Assembly (NCBI GenBank): GCA_963665665.1
Contig: OY762428.1
Coordinates: 3,808,001 to 3,872,000 of the forward strand
DNA from: Candidatus Kapaibacterium sp.
GTDB taxonomy: Bacteria > Bacteroidota > Ignavibacteria > Kapaibacteriales > UBA2268
Direction of reading: 5' to 3'
DNA length: 64,000 nucleotides
A model generated the notes under the pieces. That model saw only the letters and a program-made list of their open reading frames with translations, did not search any database and was not told the origin of the DNA. A program made the position numbers and the translations under genes. Positions 33,069 to 41,960 of this stretch are shown here, one piece after another. Position 1 is the first letter of the stretch, and every line of letters begins with the position of its first letter.

Positions 33069-33259
33069 TTTGTTAACAAAGTAAAATTAATATAGCTTTT
33101 CGCTGATAATTTAGCAATAATATTTTTTACTATATTTTTATGATGTTGAAAAAAAATATATTGCCAGCACAAAATTCCTTATTATCTTTGTGATCGTACA
33201 AATTTGGCAGACAAATATTTGAAAAATCAGAAAAAAATTCCGTTGTTGAAAAAAAATGC

Positions 33260-33290
33260 TTTGATTTTAAAAATATCTCCCGTAAATTTG
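33260..33290 (+). promoter_or_regulatory. Bacteroidota-type primary sigma promoter (-33/-7)
   Basis: TTTG (33260-33263), 19-bp spacer, TAAATTTG (33283-33290), 37 bp before the ATG at 33328. Confidence 0.6.
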
Positions 33291-33327
33291 TTATTCGTAA
33301 TGATTAAACATATATTTTGATTGAGTT

Positions 33328-33504
33328 ATGGCTAAAACACAAACATTCGGCGATAAGCTTAAGAAGAAAAAAGGCGACGACAAGACATGGGTAAAAGTAA
33401 TCTCGTGGTACAACTGTGACAAACGCGGAACTCTCCGCCAGTTAGACCGCCTTGTCGGAGTAAAAGATATAGCAGAAGTTGACAAATTGGAAGTAACTAA
33501 ATAA
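33328..33504 (+). CDS. 58-aa basic protein, DUF4295/bL38-like candidate ribosomal protein (below the ORF-track cutoff)
   Basis: Manual translation MAKTQTFGDKLKKKKGDDKTWVKVISWYNCDKRGTLRQLDRLVGVKDIAEVDKLEVTK*. Ends 8 bp before rpmE. Confidence 0.7.
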   Translation: MAKTQTFGDKLKKKKGDDKTWVKVISWYNCDKRGTLRQLDRLVGVKDIAEVDKLEVTK

Positions 33505-33512
33505 GGGATGCT

Positions 33513-33752
33513 ATGAAAAAGGGAATTCATCCGCATTATCATAATGTTGAAATTAAGATGACTGACGGGTCAACCTTCGTAACAAGGTCCTGCTACAAGT
33601 CAGACAAAATGGTGCTTGAAATTGATTCAAAATCACATCCGTTCTTCACTGGTAAGCAGGTACTCGTTGATACCGCAGGTCGCGTTGACAGGTTCAACAA
33701 GCGTTTTGAAAAATCTAAGCAAATTCAGGAATCAAGGAGAGGCGCTAAATGA
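33513..33752 (+). CDS. rpmE: 50S ribosomal protein L31 (no zinc ribbon)
   Basis: [29 protein letters not shown]. Only one Cys. Confidence 0.95.
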   Translation: MKKGIHPHYHNVEIKMTDGSTFVTRSCYKSDKMVLEIDSKSHPFFTGKQVLVDTAGRVDRFNKRFEKSKQIQESRRGAK

Positions 33753-34015
33753 ACGCTATTCATCCAATGCAGACAGGAACGGCTTTCAGGCCAAACAAAA
33801 GGTCAGGCAAGAAAAAGCCTAACCCACTGAAACATTCAAAAGTAATTGATTATCTTGATCCGAAATTCTTATCAAGATTCACAAACGATCAGGGCAAGAT
33901 TCTTCCCCGCAGGATTACAGGCGTGAACGCTTACCAGCAGAGGCAGATTGCCAGGGCTATCAAATTTGCCCGCCACCTTGCAATTATTCCTTTCGTAGCT
34001 CAGGATATTACTTAA
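33749..34015 (+). CDS. rpsR: 30S ribosomal protein S18 (Cys-free form)
   Basis: IDY.D..FL..F....[10 protein letters not shown]....QR.IARAIK.AR.LA..PF. Confidence 0.95.
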   Translation: MNAIHPMQTGTAFRPNKRSGKKKPNPLKHSKVIDYLDPKFLSRFTNDQGKILPRRITGVNAYQQRQIARAIKFARHLAIIPFVAQDIT

Positions 34016-34040
34016 TCAATTGCAGGTTAGAATAAATTTC

Positions 34041-34079
34041 GGGGAAGGTTTTAGCACCTTCCCCTGTTTTTGTTTTTTT
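34041..34079 (+). terminator. Rho-independent terminator after rpsR
   Basis: GGGGAAGGT-N6-ACCTTCCCC followed by T tracts. Confidence 0.85.
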
Positions 34080-34297
34080 ATAGTACCATTATTTCTGCAG
34101 TTTATTCCAAAGCCATCATTACTGACCCGTGATCGAAAAATCAAAGAAGAAAAGAATAACGGAGGTAAATAAAGTACCGTGTTTATCAACAAATTTTACC
34201 ATATCAATATATCTGAAATATGAAGTATTTTAATGCCTGACCTCCAAAAACCGCCCTGCCCATGACTTGTCGGGATCGGAGAGGGCCATTCCAATCC

Positions 34298-34379
34298 GTT
34301 ATTCTGAGCAACAGAGAAGAGCCCGGCTTTCTTACAAATAATGTATGAAGAATATATCCTTAGCGTCGCTCAGGATGAC
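34298..34379. repeat. Degenerate GTCATTC...GAATGAC-family palindrome
   Basis: GTTATTCTGAGC...GCTCAGGATGAC arms resemble the copies at 40037 and 40312. Confidence 0.6.
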
Positions 34380-34862
34380 TATCCGGCCTGCCTTCGTCAA
34401 ATTCAATAGCCAGGTGCTGAAGCACATGCTATAATATGTAAATTTCAGAGTTTATCTATGCTATTCTTTGGAATAACAACGTGTCTTTACTAATGCTGTT
34501 ATTTATGAAATTTCACTTTATTTGTCAAAGAAATGGGGGATGTTATTTTATTAGTGAGATTCAAATATCATGAGCGTAGTGAAATGGAAATAGCAAGTTG
34601 AACAATCCCGAAGAAGTCGTTGGGAAAACACACAGCAGCCAGCTGCAAATCCGTTTTAAAAGTTTACTTTGGGGTTTAAATTCGTGATTACAAACTAATA
34701 AATAAATAATCAAGTGGCCTCAATAACTATCTTGGAAAAAAATATAATGTTGCAAAAATGTGGGAATAATAATTATCGTATAGATTGTTGCAAAATATTT
34801 ATCAATCTATAAAATAATCTGTACCCAAATTATATATTGACTTGTTATATCATCAGACGGAT

Positions 34863-35465
34863 ATGAAAAATGATTTAAGAACATATTGCGATATTGAACT
34901 TCAGGAACTGACAGCCTCCGGCCATCAGCTCGGAGATGAAGCATTCAAGATTATTTACGACCGCCATAGCAATTCGATTTTTAATCACTGCATGTATCTG
35001 GCCCCAAAAAATGAAATTGCCGAAGATATCTTTCAACAGACCTGGCAAAAATATTATGAGATTCTTTCAGGTGGGCGGGTAATTGAAAAAGTCGGGGCAT
35101 TTCTTTATACTATTTCGACAAATCTTACCAGAAACCTGGTAAAAAAACGATCACGTGAAATATTACTGAATACAAATGATAATGAGTATATCATTAATAA
35201 TATTGACTATTCATCCTCGGTTGACAACGAAATGGATAAGCAGGAATTATATGAACTGCTGATAAGGGCTATTGACCTGCTCGATGAAAAAGACAGGGAA
35301 GTGATTGTTATGAAAAAGCTTGACGGCCTGAAATACAGGGAAATAGCTGAAATATACGGCCTTAGCCTTGAAGGAGCAAAAAAAAGGGTACTCAGGGCAA
35401 TGGGCAGACTTCTGAATATACTCGAACCGTATCTTGAAGATTTATCAAGGAATTCTGCAAGGTAA
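34863..35465 (+). CDS. ECF-type RNA polymerase sigma-70 factor
   Basis: AFKIIYDRH, AEDIFQQTW, FLYTISTN (region 2) and REVIVM...GLKYREIAEI.G.S....K.RV.RA (region 4). Confidence 0.92.
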   Translation: MKNDLRTYCDIELQELTASGHQLGDEAFKIIYDRHSNSIFNHCMYLAPKNEIAEDIFQQTWQKYYEILSGGRVIEKVGAFLYTISTNLTRNLVKKRSREILLNTNDNEYIINNIDYSSSVDNEMDKQELYELLIRAIDLLDEKDREVIVMKKLDGLKYREIAEIYGLSLEGAKKRVLRAMGRLLNILEPYLEDLSRNSAR

Positions 35466-35471
35466 ATAAAT

Positions 35472-36758
35472 ATGAACAGATATAATGATTTAATAGATTT
35501 TGTTGATGGTGAATTAAGCCCGGAGAAAGAATCCGCGCTGATGTTTGAAGTTTCGGAGAACCCCGAGCTTCTGGCAAAATTCAAAAACCTTCTGAAAGTT
35601 GAGAAAACTTTCGCTGATAAAGCTGCAATAAGCAATACTCCACCCGTACTGACAGGTAAGGTATTTGACTCTATCGGCATTAATTCGTCAGCTGCCGGAA
35701 ATATAAGTAGCGGAATATTTGCATCAAAAATGAAAGCATTACTGGCCGGTGCAAAGTCGGGAATTATCGGGCCGGCTATATCTGCTCTGCTTACCGGAAC
35801 AATTTTTGTTTGTCTTATCAATCCCTTATGGTACGGTGATTATGAAAAGAATGTATCCGTATTCGAAAAAAATGTACCTGTTATAAGTTCATATTTAGAT
35901 GAAGATATACTAACCGAAAAAAATCAAAAAATCAATAAGCTGGCTGAAAAATTACATAACTCAGAAGGATTGATTTCCGATTTACAAAATGAAAATAACA
36001 GGCTGAATAATTTATTGGCAAATAACTCGGATGATCACTATGAAAAAGTACATAGTGAAAAAAGCCAATCAACTCCGTCAGCATTTACCAGGAATGAACT
36101 TTTGGGTTACCTTTCCTGTAATGATAATTCCAGGAAGTATTCATCGCTGAACGAAACACTTCCTGCACTTAATAATTCAGGAATTCCTACTTTATCCGTC
36201 TCTCCGACTATTAAAGCCAGAACTTCCGTTCTTCCTGATATTGATATGCTTAATTTGGGGTCTGGCATGCCGGTTCTCGTGGAATTCAGTAAAGAAGAAT
36301 CGAATTACCTGAGTAAGGCTACTATATCTCCGAGCCAAAGAATGCTTTTCAGGGATATGAATGTCAGGGTATTGTACAAATTAGCATCATATCTTGATGT
36401 TGGGGCTGAATACAGAGCTGAGAATTTCTTTTTGAAATATCATGGTTACGAGAATGACGTGCTTTATGATTACGAACAGCAACCGAATTTCCAAACTATA
36501 AGCGCAGTTGTTCGCTCGGGATTGTTTTCCTTTGGCAAAACAGATGTATTTGCTCAATATAGCCTTGGATTTAATAATGTCGGATTCGTTAACCGGCTGA
36601 TGCTGGGAGGAAATTATAAAACCAGCGGCGGATTTGGATTTATAGTTGGCCTGGAATATTCAGACATGAGGTTCACAAGGCAGAATATTGATTTTGACTC
36701 TCAGAAAATCTCACTCAACTATGGTATTCAGTTTGATCTTAGTAAGGATACGAAATAA
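35472..36758 (+). CDS. Putative anti-sigma factor with TM helix, coiled-coil linker and C-terminal beta-barrel-like domain
   Basis: N-terminal FVDGELSPE anti-sigma-like helix, hydrophobic segment near aa 97-119, coiled coil, and alternating beta strands ending ISLNYGIQF. Confidence 0.65.
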   Translation: MNRYNDLIDFVDGELSPEKESALMFEVSENPELLAKFKNLLKVEKTFADKAAISNTPPVLTGKVFDSIGINSSAAGNISSGIFASKMKALLAGAKSGIIGPAISALLTGTIFVCLINPLWYGDYEKNVSVFEKNVPVISSYLDEDILTEKNQKINKLAEKLHNSEGLISDLQNENNRLNNLLANNSDDHYEKVHSEKSQSTPSAFTRNELLGYLSCNDNSRKYSSLNETLPALNNSGIPTLSVSPTIKARTSVLPDIDMLNLGSGMPVLVEFSKEESNYLSKATISPSQRMLFRDMNVRVLYKLASYLDVGAEYRAENFFLKYHGYENDVLYDYEQQPNFQTISAVVRSGLFSFGKTDVFAQYSLGFNNVGFVNRLMLGGNYKTSGGFGFIVGLEYSDMRFTRQNIDFDSQKISLNYGIQFDLSKDTK

Positions 36759-37423
36759 TGAGGAATTTCCCTGCCATAATTTTGCTGTCAGTAATGATGA
36801 TTTCCTGTTACGAGGATCCGCTGAACTCAGAATCGAACGTTGTTCGCAAAGCAAGATATATTCAGGATATTGATGATGGTGACCTTGATTTATCTGTGAT
36901 AAAACCCCTGGCATTGGGCAATGAATGGACTTATCATCAATACTGGTTTGATGATGAAGGTAAAGATTTTGAGTCGGAATATACATTGGAAATCACAGAT
37001 ACACTGAATTATCGTGGCTATACATGGTATCTTTGGCTTGAAGGTTTTGAAAAATTAGAAAAAATTTGGCAGCGAAACAGTGAAGAAGGTCTTTTAATAT
37101 ATTTTGATCCTTTGCCGGAAGTGATTGCACTTGAAGCTAAATATCCTGCAAAAGCAGGTGATACCTGGAAATATGACGCATACAACAGGGCCGTTGTAAA
37201 AGTAGATACATTGATAAAAGTTCCTGCCGGTGAATTTCCCTGCATTTATTATCTAAGGGCTTATAAATATTCAGATAGTACTGAATTTATGAATAAAACT
37301 TTTTATTCTCCCGGAATCGGGATGATAAAAACCGAGAACCTGACAAAAGAAAAAGATGACCGAGAATATAAAATAAGCAATGTCCAGGAATTAAAGACAT
37401 TTAATATTCAAATAAACGAATAG
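36758..37423 (+). CDS. Lipoprotein of unknown function (beta-rich)
   Basis: Lipobox-like MMISC and motifs PLALGNEWTY, I.VPAGEF.C, YSPGIGMIK. Start overlaps the upstream stop. Confidence 0.75.
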   Translation: MRNFPAIILLSVMMISCYEDPLNSESNVVRKARYIQDIDDGDLDLSVIKPLALGNEWTYHQYWFDDEGKDFESEYTLEITDTLNYRGYTWYLWLEGFEKLEKIWQRNSEEGLLIYFDPLPEVIALEAKYPAKAGDTWKYDAYNRAVVKVDTLIKVPAGEFPCIYYLRAYKYSDSTEFMNKTFYSPGIGMIKTENLTKEKDDREYKISNVQELKTFNIQINE

Positions 37424-37489
37424 TTTAAATTACTAACTTATAGATACTTATATTTAATATTCCATTCAAAAAAATTTTTTAGGTGTATT

Positions 37490-39793
37490 ATGAAAAACAT
37501 TCTATTAGGGATTGCTATATCCTTTCTGTTTTTAAGTTCTAATGTACTGGCGCAGGAGGTGCTATGGTGGATTTCCGGGATCAGGTTATCAGCTTCTGCT
37601 CCTGTTCACAGGCCCGGCACTGATCTTATTTATATTTTCAAGCAGCAAAGGTCAGGAGGAACCCTCCATGCATTCTGGGAAATCTGGGATTATAAAACGG
37701 GAGAAAAGCAGGGATCAATTCAATCTCCGCAATGGACAGCCAGAAAAGCTGTGATATCAAAGAACGGAAAATATATGGCTGCAACTGAGGCAGGTTATTA
37801 TTCATCCGATATTTATTTTTATGACCTGGAAGCAGGTGAATTTATTGATAAAATTGAAGCAGAGAATGATGGCGAAATGTTTATTTATATCGCTGATTTT
37901 GCGTTTATCGGAAATTCTTCTAATCTTGCAGCTTATGTATATAACTGGCCAAAAATACAAATTTTCAAAGCCCCTGCGGCCTCGGCGGATTATTCACTGG
38001 CCATAGATGAGGGGAAAGTTGACTCTTTCGAATTTTCCGAGGATGCTTCAACGGCTGTAATCCAATATGAAAATAAAAATGTTGACTTTGTGGAAACAGA
38101 AACCGGCATGAAGATTAATTCAATGAATTTTGATTATGAAGGTTATATCTGTGATGTTTCTTCCGATGGAGAAAGGGTTCTTGCTATTGTTACTGACAGT
38201 CTGAACGATAATGACCTTTGCCTGTTCGACTGCCAAAGCGGAGATATTATTGCCAGCTGGGAAAAAGGAATAAGCAGGTCCTTATTATCACCGGACGGAA
38301 AATATATTCTGGCCCAGGAAAACTCATACTCCAGGCTTACGGTATTCAGAACTGATGCACCCGGATTTGAAAGGAATTTTAATAACTTCCTGTTATCAGA
38401 TCAACTTTCTTTCATCGAAGGCAGCAGTGAGATAGTGGCAATCGGAAAAAGAGCAGATATAAATATTCTTAATTATGCTAATGGCGATCTGGTTAATCGG
38501 GTGGGGGAGATTAATGAGAATGTTCAGCTTACCGGAGGAGAGGAAGTGATATTCAGCCCGGACGGAAATTTTCTGGTTTCCGGTACTAACAATGGGATTA
38601 TCAAAGTCTGGATTGCCGAAACCGGCGAACTCTACAAGATGTTTGATTTGTCATCATCGTACATAACCGGTATTGATTTCAAGGATAACGGAAATAAAAT
38701 GGCGGTTACTTCCGCAAAGGGTGATGTATATGTTTTCAATGTTGTTAATAATTTTGAACTGATCCTTGAGCAAACGGATAATTACAGCTATATCGAAGAC
38801 GTGAAATTCCTGCCATCAAAATTTTATGATCTTACTACTCCCTGTTGTGATTTTGAAGAATATTTTTTCTGCTCCTGGCATGGCGGTATATATAACCTGC
38901 CCTGCGGTGGCGGAGATGCCGGCAGAATGGATACTACATGGAAAATGATCCAGACTCTTGATATCTCGCCTGACGGAATGACAATTGTAGCAGGTAGTAA
39001 AGATAAACATGCAAGGGTTTATAAATATAAAGAAAGTATTTTTGGGAACAAACATGAGTTTGATTCTGAATTCAGGGTGTCTTATACAACAAACGAAGGC
39101 CATCTCGGAGTTGTTGAAGTTGATTATTCACCCGATGGCAGCGAAGTGCTGATCGGAACCGGAGGAGACATGGCATTTCGTATTTATGATGCTCAGAATT
39201 TTAATTTGCAAAGAGAATATTACCTTAATACCCAGCCTGCCGGGATATCAACAGGCACGCCGCATTGCTGCCGCTATTTCGATGATGGCAGGAAGTTTCT
39301 TACAGGAGATTTTGCCGGTGGTATCAGGCTATGGGATAAAGAATCAGGCCAGGTTGTATACGCCACTGATATTATGAAACAACACATGGCTGCAAATGGA
39401 TCAGGCACAGACAAAGCTGTTAATAAAATAGCCGTATCCCCCAACGGGCGCTATATAGCTGCTATTGATGATTTCGGGGATGTTGTGGTATTTGATTTCG
39501 AAGATATGCTGACAGATGTTGAAACTAACGATATTGAATTAACAGAAGTTAAAGTTTACCCTCAGCCAAGTTCTGATTTTCTGAATATCAGATTATATTC
39601 TCAAATGAATGTAAACGCTGAGGTTGCAATACATGATAATCTTGGCTGCCTTGTGCAGAAAAGTTCAAAATGGCTTGCGAACGGTACAAATATTATTAGT
39701 CTGAATACTATGGATCTGCCATGTGGCTCTTACATGTATAGTATTCAAACAGGCAACAAAATTTTACAGGGAAAATTTATCGTTTCCAGGTGA
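37490..39793 (+). CDS. WD40-repeat beta-propeller protein with T9SS type A CTD
   Basis: Signal peptide, many FSPDG/SPDG blades, and CTD VYPQP....LNI...G.YMY......KFIVSR. Confidence 0.85.
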   Translation: MKNILLGIAISFLFLSSNVLAQEVLWWISGIRLSASAPVHRPGTDLIYIFKQQRSGGTLHAFWEIWDYKTGEKQGSIQSPQWTARKAVISKNGKYMAATEAGYYSSDIYFYDLEAGEFIDKIEAENDGEMFIYIADFAFIGNSSNLAAYVYNWPKIQIFKAPAASADYSLAIDEGKVDSFEFSEDASTAVIQYENKNVDFVETETGMKINSMNFDYEGYICDVSSDGERVLAIVTDSLNDNDLCLFDCQSGDIIASWEKGISRSLLSPDGKYILAQENSYSRLTVFRTDAPGFERNFNNFLLSDQLSFIEGSSEIVAIGKRADINILNYANGDLVNRVGEINENVQLTGGEEVIFSPDGNFLVSGTNNGIIKVWIAETGELYKMFDLSSSYITGIDFKDNGNKMAVTSAKGDVYVFNVVNNFELILEQTDNYSYIEDVKFLPSKFYDLTTPCCDFEEYFFCSWHGGIYNLPCGGGDAGRMDTTWKMIQTLDISPDGMTIVAGSKDKHARVYKYKESIFGNKHEFDSEFRVSYTTNEGHLGVVEVDYSPDGSEVLIGTGGDMAFRIYDAQNFNLQREYYLNTQPAGISTGTPHCCRYFDDGRKFLTGDFAGGIRLWDKESGQVVYATDIMKQHMAANGSGTDKAVNKIAVSPNGRYIAAIDDFGDVVVFDFEDMLTDVETNDIELTEVKVYPQPSSDFLNIRLYSQMNVNAEVAIHDNLGCLVQKSSKWLANGTNIISLNTMDLPCGSYMYSIQTGNKILQGKFIVSR

Positions 39794-39842
39794 TCAAACC
39801 GAGGCCGGGTTCCAGGATAACTCCCGGCAAAACTCACTCAGG

Positions 39843-39868
39843 GGGAAGATGGAAATCTTCCCTTTTTT
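39843..39868 (+). terminator. Rho-independent terminator
   Basis: GGGAAGAT-GGAA-ATCTTCCC-TTTTTT. Confidence 0.8.
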
Positions 39869-40036
39869 ATATTTGGAAGGTATCAAAATATTACATTAAA
39901 ATGCTATTTTTCGAAATTTTGAATCTATGTAGATTTTAGTACCCAATGTTTTATTATCCAATTCAGTTTAAGCCTTCATGCCTACCCATCTTGGCGGCGG
40001 ATTCTTTTTCCGATTGAAGTTATTATAGTTGCTGGA

Positions 40037-40129
40037 TGTCATTCTGAGTGCCAGCGAAGAATCCATTCTTATTACACTATCTAACTAAAGAAGATGGATT
40101 CTTCGGTCGCTTCGCTCCGTCAGAATGAC
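40037..40129. repeat. REP/MITE-like palindrome, copy without the 20-bp inserts
   Basis: GTCATTCTGAG..GCGAAGAATCCAT...ATGGATTCTTCG...TCAGAATGAC. Confidence 0.8.
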
Positions 40130-40140
40130 GGATGGGAATG

Positions 40141-40296
40141 TCCCCCGCTGGCGGGGGTGGACTTCCGGAAAAATTCCCCTCGTTGAGGGATGGCGAGCGC
40201 AGCGAGTTCCCGACACGTCGGGACAGGCTGGGGTGGGTTCTTTTTCTTAGCCTCCCTTATCCACGAGCTAAAGCACGTGGCTATTGAATTTGTCGA
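40141..40296. repeat. Cluster of short GC-rich hairpins from several REP-like families
   Basis: CCCCCGC-TG-GCGGGGG, CCCTC-GTT-GAGGG, CCCGAC-AC-GTCGGG and CCACG.GCT-AA-AGC.CGTGG. Confidence 0.65.
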
Positions 40297-40311
40297 TTAT
40301 AATGCTGGAAG

Positions 40312-40423
40312 GTCATTCTGAGCACCAGCGAAGAATCCATTCTTTATACACTATCTGCAAACGAAGATGGATTCTTCGGTCGCAAGCTCCGGAAGCCTGC
40401 CCCGACGTGTCGGGGAATGACAA
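40312..40423. repeat. REP/MITE-like palindrome, copy with a 20-bp insert in the right arm
   Basis: Near-duplicate of 40037-40129 including the loop, plus GCCTGCCCCGACGTGTCGGG at 40395-40414. Confidence 0.8.
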
Positions 40424-40441
40424 CATAATACATCCTTCTCC

Positions 40442-40909
40442 GGCCCTTACCCCCCGTTCTTCCACCCCAATGAACAGGCCGCCGGCCTTAATTCCCCAAC
40501 CTGTGGTTCCAATGAACCGGATAATTTCCTTAATTCAATGCTGTTTTGAACCAGAATCCTGATGTATGGGCTAATTGCTTGGATTGCAGGGCTTTAAACT
40601 GCCATGGCAGGGGGTATTGAACTACTGTTTGGCCTTAATGTAATGAAATTTCGCCTTACTGATGTCTTATTCTGCTTCATTGATCACTTGTTCCACATTA
40701 CTGATGTCTTGTTCTGCTTCATTGCTCACTTGGTTTGCCTTACTGTTTGCTTGTTCTGCTTCATTGCTCACTTGTTCCGCATTACTGATGTCTTGTCCGG
40801 CTTCATTGCTTGCTTGTTCGGCTTCATTGCTTGCTTGTTCGGCTTCATTGCTTGCTTGTTCGGCTTCATTGCTTGCTTGTTTGGCTTCATTGCTTGCTTG
40901 TTTGGCATT
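40442..40909 (-). repeat. 21-bp-period tandem array (about 22 units, conserved at the right end, degenerate at the left)
   Basis: Five near-identical GGCTTCATTGCTTGCTTGTTY units at 40799-40903, alternating 42-bp A/B units at 40652-40798, and register traceable to about 40442. Confidence 0.85.
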
Positions 40910-40929
40910 GAAATCCCGAAGATACAAAT

Positions 40930-41440
40930 GAGAATAGTATATAGATAGAACTGATAATCAAATATATAGGTAAAATTACTAAATATTATACTATTTATAT
41001 TAAATATATAGTATTTATAATAATATATATAATATATCCAAGCCTTGATATAGTTCATCTAACAAAACTTTTTATATAAATCACAAAATATATTATATAT
41101 ATAATTAAATAATTGATATGATTTATTAAATTCATTTTATAAACTATTAAATATCAGTATTAACCTATTAATTAATCAGTATATCTAATTTGTTAGGACA
41201 ATTAAATATATACTTGGATAATTAATATATTTTATAAAAGAAAAAGAAGAAATTATTAGAAATAGTGATTAATGACTTGTTTAAATTATTTATTTGATTA
41301 GTTATATTATTAATATTGTAAATCTATATGATTATTTAATAATCTGATAAAAATATTTACTACAAACACTTAAATATTTACTGATTTTGAGCATATATTT
41401 AATAATCCAATTTTAATAAATAATACAATTAGTTAAATAT
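40930..41440. other. Extremely AT-rich non-coding core
   Basis: Manual count gives 58 G+C in the 420 bp from 40981 to 41400 (about 14%). No credible ORF. Confidence 0.85.
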
Positions 41441-41455
41441 TCCGGATTCCAACGC

Positions 41456-41960
41456 TACACAAGCAATCATTACCACCAACCGAGACAACAATAGAATCAA
41501 ACATTGGTGCTTTGCTCCTGACCCCTCCCAAACCCTCCCCGAAGGGGCGGGCTTTGAAGAAGAATAAGGCAACAACAGAATAAAACATCAGTACTTTGCT
41601 TCCAACCAAGGCAGCAACAGAATCAAACATTGATGCAATAGCTTCAACCAAGAGTTCATTATCATTAAACATTGCTGCAAAAGGTGCAAACAAGACCTCA
41701 ATACTTCTGACCCCTCCCAAACCCTCCCCGAAGGAGAGGGCTTTGATGGAAAACAATGCGGCTTTGGCTCTGACCAAGGCATCATTATCTTCAACCAAGG
41801 CGTCAATGGAATCAACCATTGGTGCATCGGCTTCGACCCCTCCCAAACACACGCGGTGTGGAACCCTCCCCAAAGGAGAGGGCTTTGAAGTAAAACATGG
41901 CAACAACAGAATAAAACATTGATGCAATGACTTCAAACATTGGTGCATTGCTTTCGACCC
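41456..41960 (+). repeat. Second 21-bp-period degenerate array with embedded CCCTCCCC-GAA-GG(A/G)G(A/C)GGG hairpins
   Basis: Units such as CAACCAAGGCAGCAACAGAAT and CAAACATTGATGCAATGACTT. Three copies of GACCCCTCCCAAA..CCCTCCCC(G/A)AAGG.G.GGGCTTTGA at 41519, 41708 and 41834. Confidence 0.8.

Noticed and set aside
34400-34840. Riboswitch or ncRNA in the long intergenic region before the ECF sigma
   Set aside because: No recognisable aptamer consensus or stable long stem was seen. An Rfam search would be needed.
40037-40423. Diversity-generating retroelement template/variable repeat pair
   Set aside because: The duplicated segments are non-coding palindromes, the differences are not adenine-specific, and no reverse transcriptase is present.
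40930-41440. dif site at a replication terminus (gene orientation converges here)
   Set aside because: No convincing XerD arm (TTATGTTAAAT-like) was found by eye. GC skew would be needed to test this.
40604-41948. ORFs in the repeat arrays (40604-40948, 40662-40931, 40667-40927, 40768-41058, 41433-41948, 41588-41827, 41596-41922) as real proteins
   Set aside because: They are open in several frames on both strands because of the 21-bp period. The best heptad frame has an in-register stop, and a 16-bp insert shifts the pattern in the right array. A short coiled-coil peptide cannot be fully excluded.
40442-41960. CRISPR array
   Set aside because: Units are contiguous 21-mers with no unique spacers, the three hairpin copies are irregularly spaced, and there are no cas genes in the window.
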